A DNA stretch of 64,000 bases, taken from Bugula neritina. Taxonomy: Eukaryota; Animalia; Bryozoa. Numbering within the stretch: the first letter of the stretch is position 1; every line of letters begins with the position of its first letter. The translations under genes were made by a program, and so were the position numbers. Shown here piece after piece: positions 48,441 to 62,000 of this stretch. The DNA lies in contig OZ037770.1 in NCBI GenBank assembly GCA_964035545.1, positions 9,740,973 to 9,804,972 on the forward strand. Direction: 5' to 3'. The notes beneath the pieces are model-generated. The model saw nothing but the letters and a program-made list of their open reading frames with translations. It searched no databases and had not been told where the DNA came from.

Positions 48441-51400
48441 TCAGATTTTACGACACTGAAACTTGACATTTAGAGGGAAAATTACATCAGATATAATATT
48501 GATAATACCAGCTAAAGCATATGAGACACTGAAGAAGTATAAGACACCATTCCATGATCCTGAAGCTTCATGAATCATAGCTAAAACAGAAGAAACATGA
48601 TGCAACGTATTTTTGAAAATCTATAGCTATCAATCGTTTGTTATTATATCTTATTATGGAAACTTTCTATAAACACAATTCAAGTGGAAATAAAAATATC
48701 GAAATAAAATATTTATTAAAACATTTAATATAGTTTATTTTTGAAGACATATAGTAGTCTAAGGGTTAAAGCACTGGCTTAGTAAACACAAAATTGTAGG
48801 TTTGGTTCCCAGTGAAGGCCATTGGTGATGTTAGGAAGAGCATCCATTCATATAATTTCTCCTATGTCAAATATAAATAAGTCTTTAGCTTGCTTTAAAA
48901 AATCTTTCCATCCTGGGTTCCTCACAGGGACAGTGACTATAAACTTACATGAGTTTCTTTAAAGACATATATATTATTCAAATACTGTTTTGTTGTTGTC
49001 ACTGGAAGAGCCTGAACTACTTACGAGATACAGCAAAGCTGATAAAAATAGCCAAACTCTGAGCACACATGGCTATTCCAGCACCTAAAGAAGCAACACT
49101 CCTGTCCACTCTCTCTAATACGACAGTTGGGGTTAGGCTTGTAATAGCGCTACAGAACACACCTGCAACGTTTGATCAAAATAAAAATTACATTGCCTGC
49201 AAATTTTTCCTAATGTTGGTGAATTATTTGTAAATCTGAAAAAAACTGATTAACAATTCAAGTGTATTACAGTGGCATATAAATATGTAAATTCGTGATA
49301 AGGGTTTAGACTTTTTAAATAATATTATCTAGCTTTCAAAGTACAATGCTAAAAATATATTATATACCATTGAACAAATATGTTATATCGATTTGGTATA
49401 AGTTTAAAATTTTTAATAATGACTTAAATTTAGTCGATTGCTAAAAATATATTACTAACCAAAGAAGAATAAGGAAACATAGAGCGCTTTTTTCTTGGCC
49501 CAAGAGACTAGTAGTAACATACTACAAGCTCCACAAATCAAAGCAACACCCAGATGAAACAGAGCAGACACCAGTCTCTGATTGGCTAAGAAGCCATGCA
49601 GTATTTTGCATGGTATTTCAATAGCTCCATAGAAAATAAGAGCAGTAGAAACCTGTAACCATGGTAACATAATTATTTTAGGAACAACGTAATTAACCAA
49701 ATATAACTATGTAGATCAGAGTTCTGTTGCTGACGAGCTTTTAGGTTTAGTTTTTTAATTTTTGGTACTTTAATGAAAAATAATAAACGCTGGCTGTTTT
49801 TGTTCTATTGAAAATTGTTTTGTACTCTCAAGCCAATACACTTTGACGCATCAAACTGTATTGACAGTTTGGAGTACAAAACAATTTCAGTTTAATTTTA
49901 TCATGAATTTTATTGTTATACAATCTATCAATTGTATAAGCAGTAAACAGCAAATCAGCTATTCTTACATGGTATTTCGCTATTCCAAGCTCAGCAGTGA
50001 ATAATGGAAAAATTGCAAATGAAGCTGCAAACCCTTGCATTGCTAAGAATGAAGAGAATAAAAATATCAGGAACAGCTTATCTGTAAACAACACTTTCAG
50101 CATGTCTTTCAGCAAGATTGTAGACTCCTTTAATTCCGTGGAGCCAACCTAAAACAGTTGTTATAATATACTCTTTGGTAGAAGTGGTGAATATATAACT
50201 ACTGGCCGTTGAATTCATATTTTCAATCGAAATGTGCGCTTTAGATGTTTTTATTTAGCCTATATTATAATTTTCAGTGTAGAAAAGTATTTGAAAAATG
50301 GCAAAAATTGATCTCACTTTATGTTTTTGAATCTGAATTTTTTTATATTTCATTGCTTTATTATTTGTTGCGTGGCACTGCAGCACTTATAATTTGAATA
50401 GCTCAGAGATATTAAATAGCAAATCAAACTTTACAGTTACATTAATTCTTAAAATCACCCACCAGCTATAAGCTTTTTGATCTATGGTATATACACTGAA
50501 TTTATTTACCGATTCATTGAATATATTTGTGAAAACGGTTTTATCCCACTTGGACGCTCCCCAGTTAGACGCTATGTTTTAATTTGGTACCATTACATAT
50601 AGTAATATACCTATAATGCATACCTATTTAAATATTGCATTAATTTCTAAAGAGCTATAGTTAATAGCTATAATAGCTAACATAAATTATCTAAGATAAC
50701 ATTCCAATTTTCTTAGATATGTGTATGGGACAAAAAAGCAGTAATAGGGTAATAGATATTATCGTTAATGAATACTTATATTAATAAAATATCTTTTCAA
50801 ATAGGTAACAAAAAAACATAGAAAATGCAAAATTGATAAGTTAATGCAGATCAAAAGAGTTTATTCATGTGCCAAATATGTGCTTTATATTGAAATATAA
50901 TATATTTTAATAATATTCAAATAAATTGCACATAAAGTATATATTGAACCAAAATGAATAAATAGCATCTAACTGGGAAATTTAGCCTAGCATCTGTAAC
51001 TGAAAAGCCTCTATTTGGGATGACACTGTGAAAACAAGTAAATTTTTATTTAAAAATGTATTTTATGCATATCTGATGCTGTTTATAGTACATCATACTT
51101 TACATACAATAAACTATTTGAAGTAATTAAACTAAGCACATAATATTTTATTTTAACTAGAGCCAAAGTCAACTAATATTTCTATAGCAACTTTCTTGTC
51201 AAACAGAGACAATAAATTATATTTGTATGCCATACGTGCCTGACAAGAGAAATCAACTTTGCCGTCAACTTTACCAAGTTTTTCTGAGCATTCTGGTTCC
51301 TGATTTTTACTGTCTGTAAAAACATTCAACTCAGTTATAATGCAAGTTAACATTAGTAATTTACCTGCTTGAACAGTTTATATGATTATCTTTATTGCAA

Positions 51401-54400
51401 CAAATCAAACTTAGTAGTTGAGTTTGATAATCTAACAAGATTCAGATGCGAAGTAACGTTGCATGTCCCATATTAAATACAAACTTATCTATTAAAAAGA
51501 TATAAAAATTGTGCGTAAAACCAGTCATGAATCAATGTAATGGTTTTATTAGTTTAACAATGATATGCAAGCAAAATATGCAACAAATATGTTGTTTTTT
51601 TGTGAGTTTTGTAGTGATACACTTACTCCGAAAACTTTTGTATTCTCACTTATGGACAGGGCTGTCTAAATAGCAGCCCTAGAGCCGGATGTAGTCCTTA
51701 GCCTACATTTATGTGGCCACGGAATGCATAAAGCTGAAGTTGTTTTTCATGAATTAAAGTTTAAAACCACATTTTAATGTTGTATTTATATACCTGTTAC
51801 AAAACATGAAGCTTAGCTACCGCAACAGTTGGGACTTAATGGTGTAATGAGTCATAAAGTTTTATGAGGACTTTACACATAAGTTGGGAAAGCTTTTCCC
51901 TACTGCATTATAGCTTTTCAAGTATCATCTCAGCTATGCCAGTTATATTATGCTTTTTCCACATTCATTATAGCTTATAGTACACAAAAGCTAACCCTGT
52001 CGACTGGTATAAAAACCCAGAATTTTCACTAATCGTCACACTTGCAACTTACAACTACACTTATAACTTATGATGTAACGATTTTCACATAGCTATTTTC
52101 TTTCAGTCTGGGGTAATAAATATATATAATATATACACTAAAATACCCGCTCAATTTGAAGTATACAATGTGGCCCTAGTCATCGACATCTTCCCTTTCA
52201 GTGGCTTTGAAGAAGTTGGACACCCCTGTTTGTGTGGCTTATTAGGCAAAAGCATTAGCAAATGTGTAAAGTACCTAAATTTAGCAGAGTTTTGAAAATA
52301 AATGAAATCGTAGTAAAATTCATAAATTTATTTTACCATGGTTTAGGTTCAAACTAAAAATGACGGCTTCATAATATAAGATACCAAAATAGAAATAGCC
52401 AAAGTTGATTTAGGTCTTAGTGATTATTACGGCTCACCTAAACACTCAATGTTTCTTTCATCCGTGGATCTACCACTTATTTCCCCTAGCTCTGTACTGC
52501 TACATGGCTTGGGGTGTTTCTTCCTATAATTAATTCATTATCATAGAATTAATATTTGATAACACTGGATGAGTGTAAACTTAATCTGTGTTTTAAATAA
52601 TATTAAGAGCTTATACCAGTAAGATTCCGGTCTAATGAACATAATAGGTATTAGCAAGTGAAGCGCTATTCCAGCCATAGTAATCAAAGATTCCTGATAG
52701 GTTAGATTGTCAAACAAAAATCGACAAACTGATGGCAGAAACAGAGTAACCACTCCAGATCCTGAAGTTATCAGACCAACGGCTGTTGCTTTTCTCTTCT
52801 CAAAGTATACAGTTGAACACCAAATAGCCGATATGAGTGCATTGCCAATCCCCAACCCTGGTGAATAATAATTATTAATACAAATATTTATATGCAGCTT
52901 AGTTTACAGCTTCTAATCTGTATAAGCTTGACATTATTGGCACCTTATTATGGACGAAGCAGTTATATTATATATGAGAATAAAAGCTAGTTCTATAAAA
53001 TAAAGCTTTACCAAATATTAAGTCAAATATTAAATGCAATTGAATGAGTATTGTGCACAAAAGCTTAAAAGCCTTATAACTATAAATTTGAAAATAATGA
53101 AAAATTTAGTCATCCATATTTTGATAAATAAAATTAGACTACTAGCAATCTTTAATATACTTAAAATACAGTTAGAGAAAAAGATGGTGTAATTAAGAGA
53201 ATAGCTGTGAGAAATAGACTTTATAGTTCGCTAAGTTATTTAGTATGTGGAGATATACAAATAGCCCTTAATTATAGTCATTAGACATTTATATAGTTAC
53301 CTATTATGGACGTTGCCACAATCATCAAATAAATGGAAGATGCGTAGGCTAAGATGACGTAACCAATGGCAACTGCAACAGTTCCAACGAATGCCACGGT
53401 TCTGTGCTGCACTCTGGTAAAGATGTAACCTGCTATTGGGCCTGGGAAATTATATGTAAACGATTATTAATGAAAAGTTGAGAAGTCACAAAATGCAAGT
53501 CTTATCTAATAAAAGTAAATCTTTACAGACATTTGTAGTCTTTTTAGGGCATTGTAAAACTTGAGAATACAAAATGACTCAGACTATTTGGTTAACTAAT
53601 TTTTATTAAATATATATTGCATATGTGGAGATTTTTGTTTACTCAATAAGTTCTGTATCTAATTGCATTATTTATTGAAAGGGAAAGTGCTTATACCTCA
53701 ACATTATATTATGTAAAACTTCATAAAAATTGTAGAATAGAGAAAACCGAGAGAGTTCTATATAGCAACTGATATAATAATGGCCAAAGCCTAGCTATGC
53801 AATCAAGTAACGTTTGAAAAAAAACAAAAAAGAACGTAATTACTAAAAGTTTACAAAAGATTTTAAGGGATTTGATATTTAAATGATTGTCAAAGGGCCA
53901 ACATGACATCTACTAAAAATTGTATTTATAATATGAATGCCTATAATATAGAGACAATTTATATGTAATTCTAACTGGCACAGCTTTATATACTTTGCCT
54001 TGAAAACCTAGTTAGAACCGTTTGCCAGACTGAGAGCAAAAAGTTATCAAGAGCCAAAAAAGATTTCAAAAAATATGTTTGTAACTGCTGAGTAATACAT
54101 GACTCATGACAGATTTTAACTATATTATTGCATGTAATTTATTTGCTATTAAAGTTTATTTACCAACTAGCTAGGCATACTTTTACGGTTTGCATGCAGC
54201 TAGCTGGTAGTATAAGCTTATAGAAAACTACAGAATTTTACCCAATGCATAAAACCGTGTAATTTTAAACTGAATATGGCAACTCACCTATTGCATAAGA
54301 TAGAAAAATTGTGAGTGAGACGATCCATAAACCGGTCTGATCATCAATATTTTCGTTGATTGATTTCGTTTCCACAAGAATAATTCCTACAATCCGATGC

Positions 54401-56956
54401 ATCGTTGCCATGAGTCCATAAGTTAGAAATCCAACTAAAAATAATATCAATATCTAAAAATAACTTTTTCAAATGTCAATAAATTAATTTAATGTTTTTG
54501 CATGATTAAAGATTATAAGATTAACATTTACGCTCAAAAATACTAACAATTTGTAGCATTTATAGACAGGAACTGTAAAAGACACGATATGCACAAATGG
54601 TGTTGGCTAAAATATGAAGAACAAAGATAAATTTGCTAACAGTTGGTTTGGTAATATATATACCATCTTATGTAAAAAACTGCAGAGCATATAAAGGAAT
54701 ATTTTACAATTAAGCTTTACTGCTACTAGCTGCTACTATTACTGCTTTTACAACATATTTCCAACAGCAGCATGGGATCAATTCTATAGACCTAAATTAC
54801 ATTCAACTGTTTAAGCAAATCATTGACAAGCCCCTCCTAAATTTTGAACCTAAGCCAACCATTTTTATGCTCATACAGAGCACAGAAGATAATATACGAG
54901 GCATTCAAACAGACAAAAGCGTGAGCAACTCAAATAATTATAAGAATGTTACACTTTTCTTATTTGAAATTATTGAAATTTTGAAATTGATTTGCAAACT
55001 GTTGTCACTATGCAAACTTAATGTAACCAATTCTTGTAAAACATACAGGATTTGTCTAAAAGTAGCAGACTTCCTATTAAAGGTAATACATTTGCATATG
55101 TTATCTATTGCTACATTCTGTAAAAATACTTTTGAGTGCTGCTTATAGCTAACCTCACCAAATGCTGCATTCAATATGCTATAATAGTTATGCAGCTGTA
55201 TCTAAAGACTACCTCTGGTTTTCTTAGTAATTTTTACTTAGTTTACAAAATGATTACTAAGATAACTCTAATTTTACAAATCAAATGATTTATAAATCAT
55301 TTGATTTGTGAAATTAGAGTTATCTTATCAATCATTTAGTGAACCAAGTAAAAATTTCTCTTCTTTATCAGAATTTAATTTTAGTCATAATAAAGCTTCA
55401 TGAATACAATATATTATTTAAAAAATTTAGGGCAACTTCTCTGTCTATTTTGAGATTGTACAAGCTGACTTGGTACATATAAAATGCCTTGAACTTATCT
55501 AGGAAACATATTTTCAAACCACTAATTAGTTACGTATTAAAACTTTCTATTTTCTCTTCTTTAAAAGAAGTTGAAAAATATTATATTCTTCATGAAATAT
55601 TATGATTGATGAAGGAAATCTAAAAGTTGCTAAATGTCTTATATTTATATTAAAAAAACAAAAGCCCATATCTGATAATAAACTATTAATGAAATTATAT
55701 AGCAAAAATACGAGCTGCACACGCAGAAAAATTATGCAAGTGAATAATTGCAACTAACAAAACCGGGCTAAGGGCTTATTCATATGCGACACAGGAGGAA
55801 TTATGACTGAAAGCTCTGGCTAACAACATCAATGGCCTTTACTGGAATCCTACTTATGACTTTTTGTTTACTAAGTCAATGCTTTAATCTATAGACCACG
55901 GCTTCTCCTTTTAGCAAATGTACAATGTACTATAAGCTAAATCAAAATACTGCTTTATCACCTTTGACTTTAAGTTAGCATAGCTGCTATTTTATTTTCA
56001 GCGGACATTTTGCATACATAAACTAAACTAATAGTGAAGATAAATCAATATCAAACACCTGCCACCGCCTATCACTCACTTGCAACTACCGTCACTTATT
56101 TTCAGTTACCTGCCATACTATTATTAAATGAAGGGTAAATAATTAGTTTAAAAGTTTAACTTTTTAAACTCATTTAAACTGGGGCTTACATATCTCTAAC
56201 CTAACTCTTTACGCAAATACAACCATTAAGGGGATTATTATTATGGGTATTTTAAAGCTTTCTTCAACAAATCTTACCTATAATTGGTTTATCCCACTTT
56301 GAAGTAATAATATTGTGCATAAGCTTGAGAAAATACACTACGTTTAAACAAGATTCTTATTATTCAAAAATTAATGCAGTGTTTAAGTGACAAATTTTTC
56401 GACTGTCCTGCCTTTATTTACTAGACATACAGCTCTCTTAATACACTAGACTTATTTCTTGTGTTGTTGAAGAAGGCACAGACAATTTTTTACTCTGTTA
56501 TAGCACTCACTGTGTGGAATGAATTGCCAACTTTTGGAGAAAATTGCGATGTGACTTCCTCTTTATAAATAGCCTGACATAATTAAGCTATAGCACTGCA
56601 TGTCACCATGTTGGTGTGCAGCTGTTTGAAAGTACCTGGTGTCTAAAAATACCGAGGTGTTTTCGTCTGCTAGAATTAGAGATGAGATGTCCTGTGGTAA
56701 CATAATGGTCTTTGTTTATAAGAACTTTATTGTTGAACTGCACTTTTCAAGTAAAGCATCTGATTTTATATTAAATTGATGTGGCCTAGAAAATTCTATT
56801 GCATCCCACACTGTAAATGAATGGTGTGGAACTTTTCATATAGCATAATAAAGACTGACTTAGTATATAAACAAGTATTGCGCAATAATCAGTTGTCATC
56901 AGCTTGCATGCCATACTAATAAGTGTTATAAGTGTAGGCTAAATAATAAAAAAGTA

Positions 56957-57045
<89 letters not shown>

Positions 57046-57253
57046 TTGTGACAAGAACATTGAGCCTCATCACACCCTTTGCATTAATATGACGTTTTTT
57101 CTAATCATTATGTTGAAAAAAAATATTAAAAGCAAACAATAAACAAAAACCAGCAACTGCTTGCCACTAGCTCACAACCACCTGTCACTTACCTGCTGCG
57201 ACTACCCAGGAATATTTGCTGTCTACAGGAAATACTGTTTGATGAGTCATCAT
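48441..57253 (-). CDS. SLC16/MCT-family transporter, copy 2, 10 coding exons, 466 aa
   Basis: Exons 57193-57253, 54288-54434, 53301-53441, 52617-52857, 52438-52523, 51240-51313 (GC donor), 49969-50148, 49460-49652, 49025-49162, 48441-48580 (1401 nt). Motifs PVDSKYSWVV and YFEKRKATAVG. Confidence 0.88.
48752..48953 (+). mobile_element. SINE copy
   Basis: ggccattggtgatgttaggaagagcatcc..ctcacagggacagtgactataaactt. Confidence 0.82.
51657..52228. mobile_element. hAT (Charlie-like) non-autonomous element
   Basis: TIRs CAGGGCTGTCTAA ... TTGGACACCCCTG (11/13 match), with degenerate GCGGCCC-type subterminal motifs. TSD not recognisable. Confidence 0.6.
51827..52150 (+). mobile_element. Second solo-LTR-like copy, nested in a hAT-type MITE
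   Basis: Reverse-complement homology to 25122-25409 over ~280 bp; GGTATAAAAACCC and AATAAA present; ends are degenerate. Confidence 0.6.
55229..55356. repeat. Imperfect ~128-bp palindrome with no spacer
   Basis: Centre gattta|taaatc at 55292/55293; taagataactctaattttacaaatcaaatg is mirrored. Confidence 0.85.
55765..55908 (-). mobile_element. SINE copy (3'-truncated)
   Basis: aattatgactgaaagctc..ctaacaacatcaatggccttt..tagaccacggcttctcc. Confidence 0.7.
56959..57045. repeat. (TA)n microsatellite
   Basis: Direct reading. Confidence 0.98.
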
Positions 57254-58296
57254 TCAATTTGGAATTATATGTAGTTTGAGAAATAGTAAATTATTAGGCA
57301 GTTATATACTGTCTGCTACGGTGTCTAAACCATGTCCAGTAAAATACAAACTCGCAATAATATTCAGTTATTGCACGAAAAGCAGATTAAATAAATCACT
57401 TAATCATAAAAATCACATGGCCTATGAGTGCAAACCCTGCCTCCCTTAGCTCAGTGTGGCTGCACTTAAACATTGCACAATGTATTAAAAAAAAAATCTA
57501 AGCTTCAGCATCAGATTGGCATTTTAAGGCTGCATGCCAAGAATATATTTTAGTTTAGATAGCAATGCAGATTGACGCTTTATCATAAAAGTTATACAAC
57601 TGGTGCTTTTGCACTAAACTAATCAGTGGGTGTTTTACCTGATGATAGCAAATTTAAGTAAACCTGAGAATGATTTATTAAAAAACAGCATTTTGATAAC
57701 TGATTGCTTTATGCCATGTGTACCCTGAAGGTCTTGGACATATGAAGCTGTTAGTGTAATTGTGCTTCCAATAGGTCATTGTTGACTTACAATGAGTTTA
57801 GTTTTACTGTTTTTATTGAGTGTTTTAAACTCACATAATAAGGAAGTTTACAGGTGAAATGTCTTGTACAAAAAATATACAACCTTATATAATAATATTT
57901 AGAGTGCCCATGTTTTTTTCATGTAATATATGATCATCATATAATTTAATTATATAGATTCTGGTTCATATTGTGGGTCAAGAGTACACACTGTATTATA
58001 TATATAAAATTACAGCCATTTTGGAGAGATAACTTTACTTAGTTTGTTTGCTAAACTAATGAAATATAGTATGACACAAGTGAGAAATATATTGCGCCAC
58101 CAATAGGTACATCACAATGTGGAGGTAACTTCAAACTCATTCTTCAAAAGCAGTGTAGTACTATAAAACTAGGCTATGTTATATTTTTTAATTTGTTGTG
58201 AATTTCAAACAACAAGCATTTCTTAAGTTTTTAAAATGCAGTCAACTGTTTATTATAATTCTTAAAGTTTAAACAGCTGCAATAGGTGCAGTACTC

Positions 58297-58721
58297 AATA
58301 GACCCTTTTCATAAGTTTTCATATTATCTTTACAATTAAGAGTTGTGGCTTCCCAAATTGAAAAGGGTAAACCTTTGTATAAAGAGCAAACTCTTTTAAA
58401 TTTTAAGTTTGACTGTTACTTACAATTCTAATTATGCGATAGAATTGTTCTTTTGGGAGATAGATATTTTGGTGTAAGCACACATACTAGCAGTTCAAAA
58501 AAAAGTTTTAAAATATTTCTTCATAAAGAATTTTGAAAAAAATAAACTTGACAGCATTTTTGTGGTTTTGGTTACTGAGCAATGCTAAATTGGCACTTGA
58601 GTATTACTCAGCAACCAAATCTACAAAAATGAGTTCAAGTTTATTTTAACAATTTTCATTTTGGGAGGACACAACTCCTAATTGTAAAGAGGACATTGGG
58701 GGCCTCTAAAAAGGGTCTATT
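58297..58721. mobile_element. MITE with nested inverted repeats
   Basis: Terminal AATAGACCCTTTT / AAAAGGGTCTATT, subterminal inverted repeats (58329-58358 vs 58659-58689) and an internal hairpin at 58538-58648. Confidence 0.7.
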
Positions 58722-59066
58722 ATATAGTAAATTTTAAAAATAAATTAGCTCACAAACTATGAGGTAAAGCATTATCTACTATTATGAAGGTACTATCTTT
58801 GACAAAAAAACAAAATGTCTAACAATTTGTTGGATTACACTTCAAATTTTATTTAGAGACTAGATTGCACAAAGAAATTCCACAAAAAAAAGTCTGAGCG
58901 TACATCTCAGTTTCTCTGCAAAAAGTAGCTAAAGAATAACGTTAAAATCAAAACCATGGTGTAAGAAATTTTACAAGACAAATCCTTACAAAATTAAACT
59001 ACAAACGTTTAACATGCAACTTATTCTTTTTAGAAACATTTGAGGGAAGCATCAGCGTATCACGGG

Positions 59067-62000
59067 CTAATTTGAAATTGCATTTCTACTGCAGCTAAAT
59101 AGCTTGACTTCTACTGGAAATATTTTACTAGTTATGATATCCGTTGCACCGGCCAAAATTAGTACGCTAACTAAATAATACAGCACAGCATTCCAAGATC
59201 CAGAATTCGCTCGTATTATTGCTGAAATAGATAAAACATAACATTTTCTTCACTGAACTCAATATAGTTCTAAGTGATTAAAACATGATGAATAAACATT
59301 TTAATTTTTGAAATAAAAAATCAAAACGTTAGCATGCGAATTTCATATTATAAAGCAATTAGGCAGCAAAAGCTGCATAATGCACTTTTATAAACTTACG
59401 AGTTATGCCAAAAGACAGAATTGTAGCCAAGCATTGTCCACTTAAAATGATTCCAGATCCAAAAGATGCTACTTTTGTGTCAAATCTTTCCAGCATTACC
59501 AGGGTAGGCAAGCTCATAACAGCACTGAAAAAGAAGCCTACAAAGAAAGATTTAATTAATTTTAAATGTATCTGTTTTATAATTTGCTTTGAAAACCTAA
59601 ACACAATTACTGAGAATATATAGATTCTGAGAAAAACATATGATATATCATAAGTACACCAAAAAACTAGCATAACTATTGGTTTAAACTTGTTTTAGTT
59701 TGTAGGAGAGCTTTATTACCAGTATGGCAAGATAAAACAGTAAAAATACTGAGATTTTTTAGCATTAGCTGTAACTGATCCAGTTGATGCAATAATAAAT
59801 CTCATAAAATTTTACAATAGAGAATACAACTTCAACACAAGTAACAACACATGTAAAGCATGCAGCTTCAAAAAATGCCGATGAGAAAAAAATCAAGAGG
59901 AGATAACTAATTCAATAACTTAATTATTCATTTAGTTTATTTATGTTTAAAAATTTAATTGCATTTGTTTAATATTATTATTATTATTATTATTATTTTT
60001 AATTTAATATAAAATGTTGATAAAAGACATTAAAGCAAGTCTCATGAACTGAATGAAATAAAAACTTGAAGTTGGTAAAATTGGCAAGGCTAAAAAATAA
60101 TGACACGTATTACAAACCTAGGAAGAGAAATGACACATAGAAAGCTTCTTTTTTAGCCCAGACAGCTGCCAGTAATATACTACATCCTGCTCCAATAGAG
60201 GAAACACCCAGCTGAAAGAGAGCTGATACTAGCTTCTGATTGGCTAATACACCTTGTAGTATTTTGCCTGGTATCTCAATAACTCCATAAACTATAAACG
60301 CTGTTGAAACCTATAAAAAAAGCATATTTATTAAGTTAGGAAAAAGAATAAAATACAAAATAAAAGCAACTGGCTGCATTAAACTGTAATTTAATATATT
60401 TTGCTCAGCTTTTTATAACTAATTGTGCTCAAAGATTTTTAACTACAGCCAAGCACTAGCATTTCTAGTTGAGATTATTGTTATTGATTAATTCCATTTT
60501 TTTTAAACAAAATAAAGTTTACAAAAAACTGCAATTGTGAGCGTATCAGTTTATTCACAAAAAAGAGTAAAATCAATTGATACTTGAAAAATGACTTACT
60601 CATAGTCTAATCATGTTATGTACCAAAAAAACTTACGTGATACTTGGCTATTCCCAGTTCCTCTGCATATAATGGAAAAACTGCAAAAGCAGAAGCAAAT
60701 CCTTGGATCAACAGGCATGAAGAGAGCATATATGCTAAAAACATTTTGTTTGTAAAAAATAGTTTTAGCATAACCCTCAGAGATGTAGAGTTATCTGCTC
60801 TTGCAGGTGAAGAATTCTGTAAAACCAAAATTTTGATGTTTTAAATAGAAAAACTAATTATATAATTGGCATGCAATTTGTTTATTTTTTTAATCGAAAT
60901 AATATAAATGGAATAAAAAAGAAAAAAATCAAGGGCACAGCATTTCTTTTAGAAAAATATGACATTATCCTAATCAGTTGTTATTGCATATTTTGACTAA
61001 AATTCTTTACTTATTTTATTAGTCTTAGAAGAGCGTACAATCTTGAATTGCAAGCATTATAAACAATTGCAATTTTTGGTGCAACTGTAAAACTATATTA
61101 ATAAGCCATTGCTTTATTCAGACTAAAAAAATTAATAATTTACCTGATCTTCATCCCCATTTTTAGCATCTTGATGGTTTTGACAGCTTAAATTTTCAAG
61201 TTTGTTTTGTTGGATTCCTATTTTATCTATAAACAAAAATCATTTCATGTAGCTGAAATTCAATCACCATGACATATATCGCAACATCTTTAGCAAAGCT
61301 TACTTGATTCATCTGTGGGAGTTGTCTAATTGATCTTAGAACATTTAAGAATGCCCTCCAACTAAGCTAACCTAGTTTTATGTTTTAAGATATAATCATG
61401 TGGATAACAATTTTAATATCTTTAGAAGAAACTTTATTGTTTGAAAAGTTGCAGAATAACAATTTTACTGCAAAACAAAGTAGAAATGTTTTATCTGATT
61501 CAAACAGATTAATTACATAATTCGGCTTCCTTTAATTAAATTGATTAAGGTTTTTAATTTTTAAATCTTGTCACACTTCTATATAATTTGACGTGATATT
61601 TTGACATATTTATTTATCTGATTATAAATTTGTCATTTTAATAATTTTACCATGATTTACGAATTATATATTTTTTAATTGTTATTTAATTTTTCAGATT
61701 CCACATTTGTGAATCGTAAACTTCATTTTGATGCACTAATGGGCTAGGCTTCAATAGTTTGAAATGGTGCTTTAAAATGAGCTTTGTTACAACATATTTC
61801 CCATCGGACTTTGGTCAAATTTTTCTAAAAAATTGCGTTCTTATAAATGAATTTTAAAGTATTTGGTATTTTCTCTGCTAGTTATACTACAGTTTCCATT
61901 TCATCAAAAAAATGCAGAGTTACCTTCCCTTTAGTTGTAAAATCCTGAGCATAATATTGTATAACTTGTTTCACATAAACTTTAGAGTTGCTTGCTTTTT

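Noticed and set aside
48441-48455. CaaX box at the end of MCT copy 2 (CRKI*)
   Set aside because: The middle residues are basic, not aliphatic, and the motif is not shared by the paralogues.
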